A stretch of DNA of 64,000 nt, from the NCBI GenBank assembly GCA_045128275.1, contig JBGVRH010000051.1:644-64643 (forward strand), in the 5' to 3' direction. Position 1 is the first letter of the stretch. The number at the start of each line of letters is the position of its first letter. The notes beneath the pieces are model-generated. The model had not been told where the DNA came from and did not search any database. It saw only the letters and a program-made list of their open reading frames with translations. Made by a program: the position numbers and the translations under genes. Of the stretch, positions 10,165 to 19,669 are shown one piece after another. The stretch comes from Eubacteriales bacterium. Lineage in GTDB: Bacteria; Bacillota; Clostridia; Oscillospirales; CAG-272.

Positions 10165-11688
10165 TCACTGGTTTCTCTTACGGTTGACCATCTGAAGCTC
10201 GCCCACCATGGCATCGGTGATCTCCTCGATACCCGACTTACCCGCGTAACGGGCCTTGTCATACACGGCGAACAGTGCCTTCTCGTCGTCCTCCAGAGCG
10301 ATCTCTGCGCCAATCTCGGCGGGGGTCATGCTCCGCTTCATGAAGTAGCCCTTCTTGATGCGACGGATCATGTAATCGATGAAGATGAAGCGCACGCGGG
10401 CGGCATTGTCGGTCTGCTCCACCCACTTGAGGTCATTCTTGAGCTTTTTCTTGGCCTTCTTGACCTTCTCGGTGTCATCAAACACGAAGGTCTTCTCATC
10501 CCGTCCGCCCAGGCGGTTGCGGCGGGAGAGGTCGATACCGATGGAGAGCAGGAGCTTGTTGACCGCCTTGATCACGGGCGCGACCAGCCTCTTGGCGAAC
10601 TTGACGGCGGCCTGACCCAGCTTCTTGCGCATACTGGCGGTGAGCATCCGCAGGAATGCCCGACAGCCCATGACGATGAAGAAGATGGCCAGAAGCACCG
10701 TGACGGCGCGGATGGTGTTGGAATTGGCGATGAAGAAGTCGGTCTGGATGTTGGGGACCACGATGGAGGCATAGAGGTCTCCGATGAGCAGCAGCAGCCA
10801 GATGATGAACTCTGCCATGCGCCGCTTGTCGATGTTGCGCCAGACCTCCACAAGGGAGTTGTGGGTCTCGTCATCGATCATCCTGCGCTTGCGGGGCATG
10901 ACCGTCCCGCTATCAGCGGGACCCTCGTCGCCCTCGGCGGAGGCATCCTTGGCGGTCTTGGCATCCTTGCGGGTGACCCGCACCACCTCGTCGCCACCCT
11001 TGGGAGCGGTTGTCTCGGCGGGCTTTTCCTTCTTCTTCTTTTCCTTGGGTCTGACCTTATTGGCCAGCTTACGGCAGGCAACGGCCTGCTGGGCGGCATC
11101 CGAGTAGACCGCGATCTTCTCGAATTTCTCGGCGGCCTCCTCGAACTCCGAGAACACGTGGCCGTGCTCCATGAGGTGGAGGGCCTCGTTGTACATACGG
11201 TCGAAGTAGTATTTTTCAAACCGCTCGATGAGCTCGCGGGTGTTCTTGAAGCCCTTGATGGACTTGAGCAGCTCCACGCCCTCGCCCAGCTCCTCGGTGG
11301 TGGCCTCGGCGTTGGAGAGCAGGGTCATGGCCTCCTCGTAGACCAGGGCGTTGGCCTTGACGGTGTAGACGCGCATGACCTCGCGGGCATCCTGGTAGTC
11401 CTGGATGATCTGCATGATGCGGGCGGCCTCGCGGTAGTCGGCGGCGGTATTCTCGGCACCTCTGGTGCGGATCTCGTCGGTGATATCGCGGTAGGCGGGG
11501 GCGGAGGCGGCCTTGACGCACTGGCTGTACTTCTGAGCGGAGTCCTTGTAGGTATCCAGGGCGCGGAACTCCTCGGCCAGAGCCAGGTAGTCCCGCCAGT
11601 TCGACACGGAGGCGAACTTATAGGTGGCGGCGGTATAGCGGGCGTTCAGCTCGCTCTCGGAGAGATTGGTCTTCTTCTCATTGGCCAT
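10165..11688 (-). CDS. Membrane protein with N-terminal helical repeats and DUF4129-like C-terminus
   Basis: Four repeats (YKDS/YQDA/FKNT/YSDA), two TMs, C-terminal MTPAEI..YDKARYA. Confidence 0.7.
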   Translation of the reverse strand: MANEKKTNLSESELNARYTAATYKFASVSNWRDYLALAEEFRALDTYKDSAQKYSQCVKAASAPAYRDITDEIRTRGAENTAADYREAARIMQIIQDYQDAREVMRVYTVKANALVYEEAMTLLSNAEATTEELGEGVELLKSIKGFKNTRELIERFEKYYFDRMYNEALHLMEHGHVFSEFEEAAEKFEKIAVYSDAAQQAVACRKLANKVRPKEKKKKEKPAETTAPKGGDEVVRVTRKDAKTAKDASAEGDEGPADSGTVMPRKRRMIDDETHNSLVEVWRNIDKRRMAEFIIWLLLLIGDLYASIVVPNIQTDFFIANSNTIRAVTVLLAIFFIVMGCRAFLRMLTASMRKKLGQAAVKFAKRLVAPVIKAVNKLLLSIGIDLSRRNRLGGRDEKTFVFDDTEKVKKAKKKLKNDLKWVEQTDNAARVRFIFIDYMIRRIKKGYFMKRSMTPAEIGAEIALEDDEKALFAVYDKARYAGKSGIEEITDAMVGELQMVNRKRNQ

Positions 11689-12880
11689 CCTCGTCACCTC
11701 CCTCCAGGATCACGGTCTGGACAGAGTTACCGAACTGCTCCAGAGTGGAAATGCGATCCAGCACCTCCTCGTTGTGGTCGAAGGCGATGATGATGACCTC
11801 GGTGTCCCGCATGCCTCCGCGGATATCGTTCTCCAAGAGAGAGGCAAAGGACGCGCCGTCGGTGGGATTCATGCGGGCCATCTCCTTCATGATGGCGATG
11901 AGGTGAGCGTCCGAGCTCTCGCAGGGGAAGCGGGAGGACATCTCACCGTCGATGGCCTTACAGTTGGCGGCAAAGCCCACCGAAAAGCCTCCGTAGATGG
12001 CATCGCGGATGAGGGCGGCGCAGAAGGACAGACCGTTCTCGGCGCGGCGGTTGTACTCGCGACCGTCGATCTTACTGCCCATGGGCAGGTGGAAGTCCAT
12101 GTAGATCATGAGCTTACGGGAGGCGCAGTAGTCTCTCGCGTTGACCTTCAGAGGAGAGCCGGAGGAGCCCGTCATGGGCACCTTGGCCGAGGCCTTGAAG
12201 TTGATCTGGGAGACCGAATCGCCGAAGCGGTAGTCACGGATGCCCGCCAGGGAGAAGGGATCCATGAACAGGGGTCTCTGGGAGACGAAATCACCCTGCA
12301 TGCGGCCTACGGCAATGGCGGGGAGTCCCAGGGGGACGGCCTTGGGGTAGACGTACAGCTCGGTGGGAGCCTCCATGGGGATGGGGCCCTTCTTGGCGTA
12401 GATGGTGGCGATCTGAAGCTTGTAATGGCCGCGCTTCTTGGCGGTGATGCGGTGGTGGCGCTTGATCTGCATGTAGGGCCAGAGGTTGAAGCGGGAGATG
12501 CAATACTGCATGGTACTGCTCCCATCGTTCTCGTATTCCTCCAGCTCCAGCTCGTTGAAGAAGTAGGACTCCACGTCCACGCCGAGCAGGGGGAAGAAGC
12601 CGGGGTTACGGATGGTCTCGATCAGCTCCACCTCCTCACCCTCGTAAACGCCCTCCTCCGAGAAGTGGCGCTCGTAGATGATGCGTCCCAGTCTGGCGGC
12701 GCGCATGGAGCCGTAGATCTTGAGCAGGATCCACAGCACGATCAGCACCGCGACCACGACGATCAAGGCGGTGAAGTAGGGGGATGTGATGAAGTTGAGG
12801 ATACCGTTGATGATGCCCTCCGCCGCCGTACCGACCACCGATCCGCCCGAAAGAAGGGCTGCGATTGGCAGGAATGTCAT
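11678..12880 (-). CDS. DUF58 domain protein
   Basis: GIRDYRFGDSVSQINFKASAK motif; follows MoxR. Confidence 0.88.
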   Translation of the reverse strand: MTFLPIAALLSGGSVVGTAAEGIINGILNFITSPYFTALIVVVAVLIVLWILLKIYGSMRAARLGRIIYERHFSEEGVYEGEEVELIETIRNPGFFPLLGVDVESYFFNELELEEYENDGSSTMQYCISRFNLWPYMQIKRHHRITAKKRGHYKLQIATIYAKKGPIPMEAPTELYVYPKAVPLGLPAIAVGRMQGDFVSQRPLFMDPFSLAGIRDYRFGDSVSQINFKASAKVPMTGSSGSPLKVNARDYCASRKLMIYMDFHLPMGSKIDGREYNRRAENGLSFCAALIRDAIYGGFSVGFAANCKAIDGEMSSRFPCESSDAHLIAIMKEMARMNPTDGASFASLLENDIRGGMRDTEVIIIAFDHNEEVLDRISTLEQFGNSVQTVILEGGDEDGQ

Positions 12881-12883
12881 GGC

Positions 12884-13855
12884 TTATCTCTCCTCGAACA
12901 CAGCCTCGGTGGGAACCGTGACCATACCCAGAATGTCGTCGATGATCTCGTAGGCGGCATTCTTCTTGATACGGGCGGCGTTCTCCAGGGTCAGACGGTG
13001 ATCCAGGACGGGGTGAGCGGCGCGCTTGACGTCGTCGGGGGTGACGTAGTTGCGGCCTGCGATGGCGGCATAGCCCTTGGCGGCCTTCATGAGGGACAGG
13101 GCACCACGGGGAGATACGCCCAGCAGCACCTTGGGATAGGAGCGGGTCTTCTCCACGATGGAGGTGATGTAGCCCATCATCTCGCGGCAGATGTAGACCT
13201 TGGGCAGCTCCTGGATGGCGGTCACCAGCTCCTCGGCGGTGACCACGGGCTTCAGGGTCTCCAGGGGGGAGAACTTATCGAAGCGGGCCAGGATATCCAC
13301 GCCCTCGGAGTGGTTGGGGTAGTCCATTCTGCCCTTCATGAGGAAGCGGTCCAGCTGTGCCTCGGGCAGGGGGAACGTACCCATGGACTCCACGGGGTTC
13401 TGGGTAGCGATGACCATGAAGGGCTGGGCCAGCTTGAAGGTCTTGCCGTCGATGGTGGCCTGAATCTCCTCCATACACTCCAGAAGACCCGACTGGGTCT
13501 TGGGGGTGGCGCGGTTGATCTCGTCGGCCAGGACGATGTTGGCGAAGATGGGGCCGGGGACGAACTCGAACTCCGACTTCTTCATGTTGAAGAAGTTGAC
13601 GCCCGTGATATCCGAGGGGAGCAGGTCGGGGGTGAACTGGATACGCTTATATTCGCAGGACACCGAGGCGGCCAGAGACTTGATCAGCACCGTCTTACCC
13701 GTACCGGGGACGTCCTCCAGCAGGACGTGACCGCCGCAGAGCAGGGAGACGATGAGCATATCGATGGTATCGGACTTACCGACGATGACCTTACCGATAT
13801 TATCCTTGATCTTTTCGTAGACCTCGGTGATGTGGGCGGAGATCTGGGTGGACAT
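12884..13855 (-). CDS. MoxR family AAA+ ATPase
   Basis: LLEDVPGTGKT, RIQFTPDLLPSD, LADEINRATPKTQS, ATQNP, LPEAQLDRF. Confidence 0.96.
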   Translation of the reverse strand: MSTQISAHITEVYEKIKDNIGKVIVGKSDTIDMLIVSLLCGGHVLLEDVPGTGKTVLIKSLAASVSCEYKRIQFTPDLLPSDITGVNFFNMKKSEFEFVPGPIFANIVLADEINRATPKTQSGLLECMEEIQATIDGKTFKLAQPFMVIATQNPVESMGTFPLPEAQLDRFLMKGRMDYPNHSEGVDILARFDKFSPLETLKPVVTAEELVTAIQELPKVYICREMMGYITSIVEKTRSYPKVLLGVSPRGALSLMKAAKGYAAIAGRNYVTPDDVKRAAHPVLDHRLTLENAARIKKNAAYEIIDDILGMVTVPTEAVFEER

Positions 13856-13999
13856 GATGGGTTACCTCTTTTCTTCTAAGTTCGCATCTCTCGGAGAGAT
13901 ACAGATATACCCTTTTATTTTACTATTTTTCAAGGCTTTTGTCAATACAGTTGAGTCCTTTTCTACATTTTCAACAGTTTCATAAAGGCTTTTTTGGAC

Positions 14000-14036
14000 A
14001 AAAAACGGACTGATACAATGCGTATCAATCCGTTTG
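14000..14036. terminator. Intrinsic terminator downstream of radical SAM gene
   Basis: AAAAAACGGACTGATAC..GTATCAATCCGTTT hairpin giving a U-run on the minus strand. Confidence 0.6.
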
Positions 14037-14040
14037 ATTC

Positions 14041-14703
14041 TTATACCTTTTTGGTCGGGATCTTGTAGGCGAACACGTCAAAGCCCGTCACCCCCATGGT
14101 CGTCAGCTCGGCCACCGAGGCCTCCACGTCGGAGTCGGTGTTGAAGCCGGGGATATGGGGCACGCGGACGGTAATCCGATCGGCTCCCACAAGGGACAGA
14201 AGCAGGGCGAGGTTGGACTTCACAAGGGTGTTGTCGCGCCCCGTGTAGGCTTTGTAAATGGCGGGGTTCATGTCCTTGATATCGATGAAGAAATGATCCA
14301 CCACCCGTGCGGCGGCGCGGACGTTGTCCTCGGGGATGTTCAGGCAGGACTCGGCGTAGATGCGCCAGTCGGGGTGGCAGACCTGGCGGAAGGCGGTGAT
14401 GAAGTCGGTGTGGAGCAGAGGCTCCCCGCCGCCGAAGGTCACACCGCCCCCCGTGGCCAGGTAGTAGAGGCTGTCGATCTTGACCCTCTCAAACAGCTCG
14501 GCCGCCGTGACCCGCTCGAAGGGGGGCTTCCCGTCCTTTCGCTCATGCCAGGTCTGGGGGTTGATGCAGAGCTTACACTGCAAGGGGCACCCGAAGGCCC
14601 CCACGAGAGCCGTCACCCCCGCGCCGTCGGTGGCCATGCGGAGGCGGTCGCAGAAGGCCAGGGGAAAGGTGGGCAGAGCTTGATCCATCATAGCGTCCAT
14701 CAC
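14041..14703 (-). CDS. Radical SAM protein, glycyl-radical (PFL) activase-like
   Basis: DGAG..GCPLQCKLCINP (CxxxCxxC), GGVTFGGGEPLL, IDIK, RVPHIPGFN. Confidence 0.9.
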   Translation of the reverse strand: MMDAMMDQALPTFPLAFCDRLRMATDGAGVTALVGAFGCPLQCKLCINPQTWHERKDGKPPFERVTAAELFERVKIDSLYYLATGGGVTFGGGEPLLHTDFITAFRQVCHPDWRIYAESCLNIPEDNVRAAARVVDHFFIDIKDMNPAIYKAYTGRDNTLVKSNLALLLSLVGADRITVRVPHIPGFNTDSDVEASVAELTTMGVTGFDVFAYKIPTKKV

Positions 14704-15269
14704 TCCACAGGCTCGCCCATCAGCTCGTCCTCGAAATTCTCCTCGACGGTATCCGTCTCGGTAGCCGTCTCGGTAGCCTCCTCGGTGATCTCCTCGGTAA
14801 TCTCCTCGATGACCTCGCCCTCCCAGACCACGTCGCCCATCAAAGGCTCCTCGGTCTCTTCCACGGGCACACCCGCAAGAGGCAGATCGCAGGCCGTCTC
14901 GGTCTCGGGCGGGGGTATCATCTCTCCGTCTACAGCGATATAGGTCTCCTCGGCAGAGGTATCGGGGAAGGGCATATCTCCCGCGACGGGCTCACCCGCC
15001 TCGGTGGAGGGGAAGGGATTCACGCACCCCGTCACCGATAGGGCGATGGAGGCGGAGATGCCCACCACGGCCACGGTCTTGCCCAGGGCCTCCCGCTTGG
15101 CCAGGGCGTTCTCCAGCTGGCGCACCTCCTGCTCGCACTTGGGGCAGGTACCCTTGCAGTTGCCCTTATGCTTGCACTCGGACACCACCCACTCAATATC
15201 GTTCTCGCGGGCGATCTCGGCGCGGATCTGTTTAAGGATGCGGCATTTTTCTTTTCCGTAATATTTCAT
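14700..15269 (-). CDS. Hypothetical protein: Cys-rich N-terminal domain, TM/lipobox, acidic Gly-motif repeats
   Basis: KCRILKQIR..ECKHKGNCKGTCPKCE; LSVTGC; repeats VAGDM/VDGEM/LAGVP/LMGDV/LMGEP; RBS GAAAGGAG. Confidence 0.85.
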   Translation of the reverse strand: MKYYGKEKCRILKQIRAEIARENDIEWVVSECKHKGNCKGTCPKCEQEVRQLENALAKREALGKTVAVVGISASIALSVTGCVNPFPSTEAGEPVAGDMPFPDTSAEETYIAVDGEMIPPPETETACDLPLAGVPVEETEEPLMGDVVWEGEVIEEITEEITEEATETATETDTVEENFEDELMGEPVE

Positions 15270-15356
15270 GGGAATTGCTCCTTTCGTTATGGAAGAGTTT
15301 CAGATGGGTCACGCGTAATACGTACCGGATGGGTCAAAGCGGCGTTTATGCGGATT

Positions 15357-15986
15357 TTATCTTTTCTGATCCACGCTGACCGGTCGATCCTTCTGGTCCA
15401 CCTCTTTCAAAGCACGCTCGCTGAACCAGATCACGTTGCCGTTTGAAGCATAATAGACCGTCACCTCGGCGGTATATCCCTCGTACAGATCTTCTTTGAT
15501 GTACAAAGTAACGTCGATCTGTCCGCGGCACTCCCCCGTGGGGAGGGTGATCTCAATGTCCTCAAAATAATTCGGTGTCTTGGTGGGATAGCTCCAGTAG
15601 TGTTCTTCGACCGTCGCACGGAAATCCGTGTTTGTAAAATAGTCGTGATATTCCTTCTCAAAGAGATCCGCAACACCGTTGATGAGGCACCCCTCGGCAT
15701 CAATTTCCAAAACCGCTGTCTGGTTCTCATGGGCCGAGATCTTCATATCCCCGCCCAGGCCAATCGTCACCGTGACGGTATTCGAATCGGTGACCTGCAC
15801 GGACTGGTGGGGAATGGTGATATCCACCACGTTGCTCTTCTCTCCCGAGCCGCCGGCGCGGGAGGAGCGGAGGTAGAGAGGATCTGTGCCCTGTTGGCAA
15901 GAGACGCACAGAAGGGTGACGGTCAGAAGCATCAGCACGATCAAGACCCTTCTTTTTGGAGAAAACATTCGGTGTGTCATATTCAT
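15357..15986 (-). CDS. Hypothetical lipoprotein
   Basis: Signal peptide with LCVSC lipobox; RBS GAAAGGAG. Confidence 0.7.
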   Translation of the reverse strand: MNMTHRMFSPKRRVLIVLMLLTVTLLCVSCQQGTDPLYLRSSRAGGSGEKSNVVDITIPHQSVQVTDSNTVTVTIGLGGDMKISAHENQTAVLEIDAEGCLINGVADLFEKEYHDYFTNTDFRATVEEHYWSYPTKTPNYFEDIEITLPTGECRGQIDVTLYIKEDLYEGYTAEVTVYYASNGNVIWFSERALKEVDQKDRPVSVDQKR

Positions 15987-16070
15987 TCGGCTCCTTTCCT
16001 GTAGCTACGAAAACCTCTCGCTTATGACGGTGTCTGCTCTGTACAAGGCTCGGTTTTTCCCGCCAAGCCG

Positions 16071-17330
16071 TTACAGCCGTGTCACCACCCCCACGAACAG
16101 GGGCAGTCCCGTCTTGGTATCCACGATGGCGTACACGAAGGGACGGTCGAGGTAGACGTATTTCGGCTCCATGGGGGCAGCAGACTCGGCCTTGTTGACC
16201 GCCCAGGTCACGGCGGCGGCCTTGGTGCCGTTGCGGTCTACCTGAATGAAGGTCTTCTGGAAGACGCCGTCGCAGTAGAGGTTGCCCATGGCAGAGGTAC
16301 CCAGCCCCGAGAGGTCGGCGGTGTCACTGCTAAAGAGATGAGTCACGCCCATCTCCTTTAGGGAAGCGGTGAGATTCATGTCGCTGGCATAGGTGAACTC
16401 GGGGATGCGGGTGTAGACCGTCTCGCGGGTCTGCTCCTGCCACATGGCCGTCCAGTCCCCGCCGTCCAGGGAGGCGGCGAACTCATAAATGTCGGTTCCC
16501 TCCTCGGGCAGAAGACCCACGAAGCAGTAGGCGCTTCCCTTGTAGGGCTTGGCTACCCCGAAGCCCCCCTCCACGGTGAGGTAGCGGGACTCCTCGGAGC
16601 GGAGCATGGCCACGGGGGACTCGGTGCCGTTCAGGGAGGTGAAGGTGTCGGTGAGAATATCCTTCTTCTCGTACTCCTCCTCCCACTTGGCATCGAAGAC
16701 CAGGGCGTTGACCACGTACATCACCGCCTCGGCGGGGATGGGATCCTCCAGGATGGAGTCGATCATGCCGTCGGTGTAGTGATCCACCCACTTGTTGATA
16801 TCCTTGCGGGTGGTCTCGTCAAAGGGGGCGGCGTACTGCTGGGCCTCGTACCAGTCGGCGCAGGTCTGGAGGAACTCCTCGCGGACAGAAAAGCTGTCCC
16901 CGTCCCGATACCAGATGGAATCCGCCACCGAGACCTTGCAGTCCTTGCCTGTGTACAGTCCGCTGGTGTAGGCGTAGAGTGCCTTGTTCAGCTCGTCAAT
17001 GGGCATCCCCAGCACCGCCTCCATCTGGGCGAGGGTCTCCCCCTCGGCACCGTTGGCCAGCATGGAGAGACAGATCAAAGCGGAGAGGGGAGACACCAGG
17101 TGGTTGGCCTTGCCCTCCTTCTCCAAAGACACGGTGGTATTGGTCAGCGCCAGGGAGAAATCCGCCATGGCGGTCTTGAACTGGTCGGTGACCTTCCCTG
17201 CCTCGGTCACTTCGCGGGTATAGCCCGCCGACAGCTCGGAGGCCTTGACGTTGAGCGCGCAGGAGGTCATCTGCGCGGGGATGGCGGCCAGCATGAGCAC
17301 CGCCAGCAGAACATTCAATAGCTTTTTCAT
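16071..17330 (-). CDS. Serpin family lipoprotein
   Basis: NHLVSPLSA, INKWVDHYTDGMI, NALVFDAKW, hinge GTKAAAVT, LDRPFVYAI..PLFVG; RBS AGGAGG. Confidence 0.93.
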   Translation of the reverse strand: MKKLLNVLLAVLMLAAIPAQMTSCALNVKASELSAGYTREVTEAGKVTDQFKTAMADFSLALTNTTVSLEKEGKANHLVSPLSALICLSMLANGAEGETLAQMEAVLGMPIDELNKALYAYTSGLYTGKDCKVSVADSIWYRDGDSFSVREEFLQTCADWYEAQQYAAPFDETTRKDINKWVDHYTDGMIDSILEDPIPAEAVMYVVNALVFDAKWEEEYEKKDILTDTFTSLNGTESPVAMLRSEESRYLTVEGGFGVAKPYKGSAYCFVGLLPEEGTDIYEFAASLDGGDWTAMWQEQTRETVYTRIPEFTYASDMNLTASLKEMGVTHLFSSDTADLSGLGTSAMGNLYCDGVFQKTFIQVDRNGTKAAAVTWAVNKAESAAPMEPKYVYLDRPFVYAIVDTKTGLPLFVGVVTRL

Positions 17331-17375
17331 GGGATACCTCCTATGGGGTGGGCCTTTTGAAATGCCCTTCACCCA

Positions 17376-17405
17376 TATAGACGACATTTTTTGAGATCCA
17401 TTACC
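17376..17405 (-). promoter_or_regulatory. Putative ECF-sigma promoter of serpin
   Basis: GGTAAT..AAAAATGTCGTCTATA; matches the motif upstream of the ECF sigma gene (41487-41517). Confidence 0.5.
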
Positions 17406-17478
17406 CCCAAAGCCCAACGTTTACAAAATATTCACAAAAACCCACGCGCAAAATGAACTTGCGGCGTGGGTTCGGAGA

Positions 17479-17958
17479 TCAGTTTTCGGGGTCTTGGGTC
17501 TTTTTGGTCTTGGCGTGCTTCTTCTTGAGCTTCTTCAGCTCGTCCATGAAGGAGTCCACGTCGGTGAACTGGTGGTAGACCGAGGCGAAGCGGACGTAGG
17601 AGATCTCGTCGATAGCGCGGAGCTTCTCCAGCACCATGTCACCCAGCTCCACAGAGGGCACCTCCAGGCGCAGGGTGTTCTGCAGCTCGGACTCGATCTC
17701 GTCCACAATGGCGTCAGCGTCCACGGTGCGCTTGCGGGTGGATTTCAGAATGCCGTTGATGAGCTTGTTGCGGTCAAAGGGCTCCTTGGAGCCGTCCTTC
17801 TTCAGCACCATGATCTGGGCTTGCTCGATCATCTCGAAGGTGGTGAAGCGCTTGGCGCATTGGAGGCATTCGCGGCGGCGGCGGATGCTGTTGCCCTCTT
17901 CAATGGGGCGGGAGTCGATGACCTTCAGGTCGGGATTGCCGCAGGCGGGGCATTTCAT
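17479..17958 (-). CDS. nrdR: Transcriptional repressor NrdR
   Basis: MKCPAC..VIDSR..IRRRREC..KRFTTFE, ATP cone, YVRFASVY. Confidence 0.97.
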   Translation of the reverse strand: MKCPACGNPDLKVIDSRPIEEGNSIRRRRECLQCAKRFTTFEMIEQAQIMVLKKDGSKEPFDRNKLINGILKSTRKRTVDADAIVDEIESELQNTLRLEVPSVELGDMVLEKLRAIDEISYVRFASVYHQFTDVDSFMDELKKLKKKHAKTKKTQDPEN

Positions 17959-17993
17959 GGGCAGAATTCTCCTTTCGGGAGGTCGTTACCCCA

Positions 17994-18374
17994 TTATATC
18001 ATACTTTGATCGGTTTGTAAAGTATTTTGGGAAATTTCTCCCGCCTCCTTCGCTCTTTGCCCCTGCTCCCATAAAAGATCCGCCACCACGTCCTCCAGAT
18101 GGACGGGGGACAGTTCCCCCTCGGTGATACGGGAAAACAGGGCGCGGGCATCCTCCTCATGGATCCCCACGCAGTACAGGTACCGCTCGGTGGGGCTCTC
18201 CATACCGATGGCGTAGGTGGGGATCGGGGACGGGAACGGACGATCGCCTTCCTCGGACGGGCGCATGGACCACAGGCGGCAGACCACAGGGCATTGGGGG
18301 GTCACACGGTAGTAACGCTCCTCCAACAGGCTCATGACCAAGCGGGATCGGGGATCTTCGGCGTGTAAGCTCAT
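17994..18374 (-). CDS. Hypothetical protein, DUF6514-like
   Basis: C-terminal ARALFSRITEGELSPVHLEDVVADLL. Confidence 0.6.
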   Translation of the reverse strand: MSLHAEDPRSRLVMSLLEERYYRVTPQCPVVCRLWSMRPSEEGDRPFPSPIPTYAIGMESPTERYLYCVGIHEEDARALFSRITEGELSPVHLEDVVADLLWEQGQRAKEAGEISQNTLQTDQSMI

Positions 18375-18713
18375 AGTTTTCCTCCATTTTGACGACCGAC
18401 GGCGACGTCTGTCGTTTTTCCTCATTATAGCACGGCTTTCGGAGAAGGAAAACCTTAACGTTTATGGAAGAAAGCGGTATATTGGCCGCCCTTCTCTCCC
18501 TAAAAAGGGAAATTTGCAAGCTGTGACAAGGTCTTTTCGTAATGATCGTACCGATCCGCACAGGCAGGATCTTCCTCCTATCCCACAAATTCACCCTTGA
18601 TTTTGTGTATATTTTTCTGTATAATCAAGTCGTATATGCAACAAATCTGCCCGAGATCACCATTTACGAATGTTTTGGTGACAAGGATCTGACCCAAAAA
18701 GAAAGGAGTGACC

Positions 18714-18986
18714 ATGAAACCGACTGTCTCACGGCGCGTCAAACAGCGTCCTTCCCTGCCCCCGTGGCTCCTCCGTCCCCTGGCGGGAAAGCTCTTGGTG
18801 GCGGGACATATCCTCATGCTGATATCCCTGTGCCACTTTGCCTGTCTGCTGGGCGGAGAAGGGCAGGGGGAGGCCCTCCTGTACATGGATGTCTACATGG
18901 AAACGGTAGCCGTCTCCGCCGTCCTCCTGTGGGCGGGGGTGTTGGGGCTGGATTGGCTGGAGCGGAGAATCGATAGCTCTCGGTGA
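18714..18986 (+). CDS. Small two-TM membrane protein
   Basis: RBS GAAAGGAG; two hydrophobic segments. Confidence 0.6.
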   Translation: MKPTVSRRVKQRPSLPPWLLRPLAGKLLVAGHILMLISLCHFACLLGGEGQGEALLYMDVYMETVAVSAVLLWAGVLGLDWLERRIDSSR

Positions 18987-19003
18987 TCTCCTCCCATCCT
19001 TCC

Positions 19004-19270
19004 CTACTCCCCGAAGCACTCCGCCCCCAGCCGCACACCCATGCGGAAGCCCTCGGAGAACCGCTCCCGCTCCCGCTCGGCTCCCAGGGTGTCCAGGGCG
19101 GTGTCGTAGGACTCCAGGAGCACACGCTGCTCGGGGGTCAGAGTGGCGGCCAGGGCATCCCGCTTGGCCTTGACCTCACCGTACAGGCGGTCTCCCTCGG
19201 AGGGCTTTGGAGGCTTGCGCTCAAAGGGCGGCGGATTGCCGTAGTAGAGGGTGGTGATGGGTGACTTCAT
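19004..19270 (-). CDS. Hypothetical protein, DUF6809-like
   Basis: ITTLYYGN..LTPEQRVLLE..FSEGFRMGVRL pattern; divergent from XRE gene. Confidence 0.65.
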   Translation of the reverse strand: MKSPITTLYYGNPPPFERKPPKPSEGDRLYGEVKAKRDALAATLTPEQRVLLESYDTALDTLGAERERERFSEGFRMGVRLGAECFGE

Positions 19271-19364
19271 AAGCAATCCCCTTTATGCCTTGTAAGATAT
19301 AATTTCCATATATTATACACCCTAAAGGATATAATGTCAATAGTAAATTGCCAGTATATCGGAG

Positions 19365-19589
19365 GTGTATATGGAAGTATATCAACGAATGAAGGATCTC
19401 CGCGAGGATCACGATCTGAGCCAGGAGGATATCGCCAAGGTACTACAGACCACCCAGGAGCAGGTCAGCAAATACGAGACGGGACGGCAGATGATGGGCA
19501 TTGATAAATACATCAAGCTGGCAAAGCATTACAATGTGAGCCTGGATTATCTGACGGGCCTGATCGACACGCCGAGGAAACTATTCTAA
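19365..19589 (+). CDS. XRE family HTH regulator (copy 1)
   Basis: RMKDLREDHDLSQEDIAKVL..VSKYETG..LAKHYNVSLDYLTG. Confidence 0.9.
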   Translation: MYMEVYQRMKDLREDHDLSQEDIAKVLQTTQEQVSKYETGRQMMGIDKYIKLAKHYNVSLDYLTGLIDTPRKLF

Positions 19590-19669
19590 ATATTGCGTAC
19601 CTGATAAGGTACATTTTCACGCGTTTCATAACGAATCATGTATAATCATATCCAATACTGTATTGGGGG

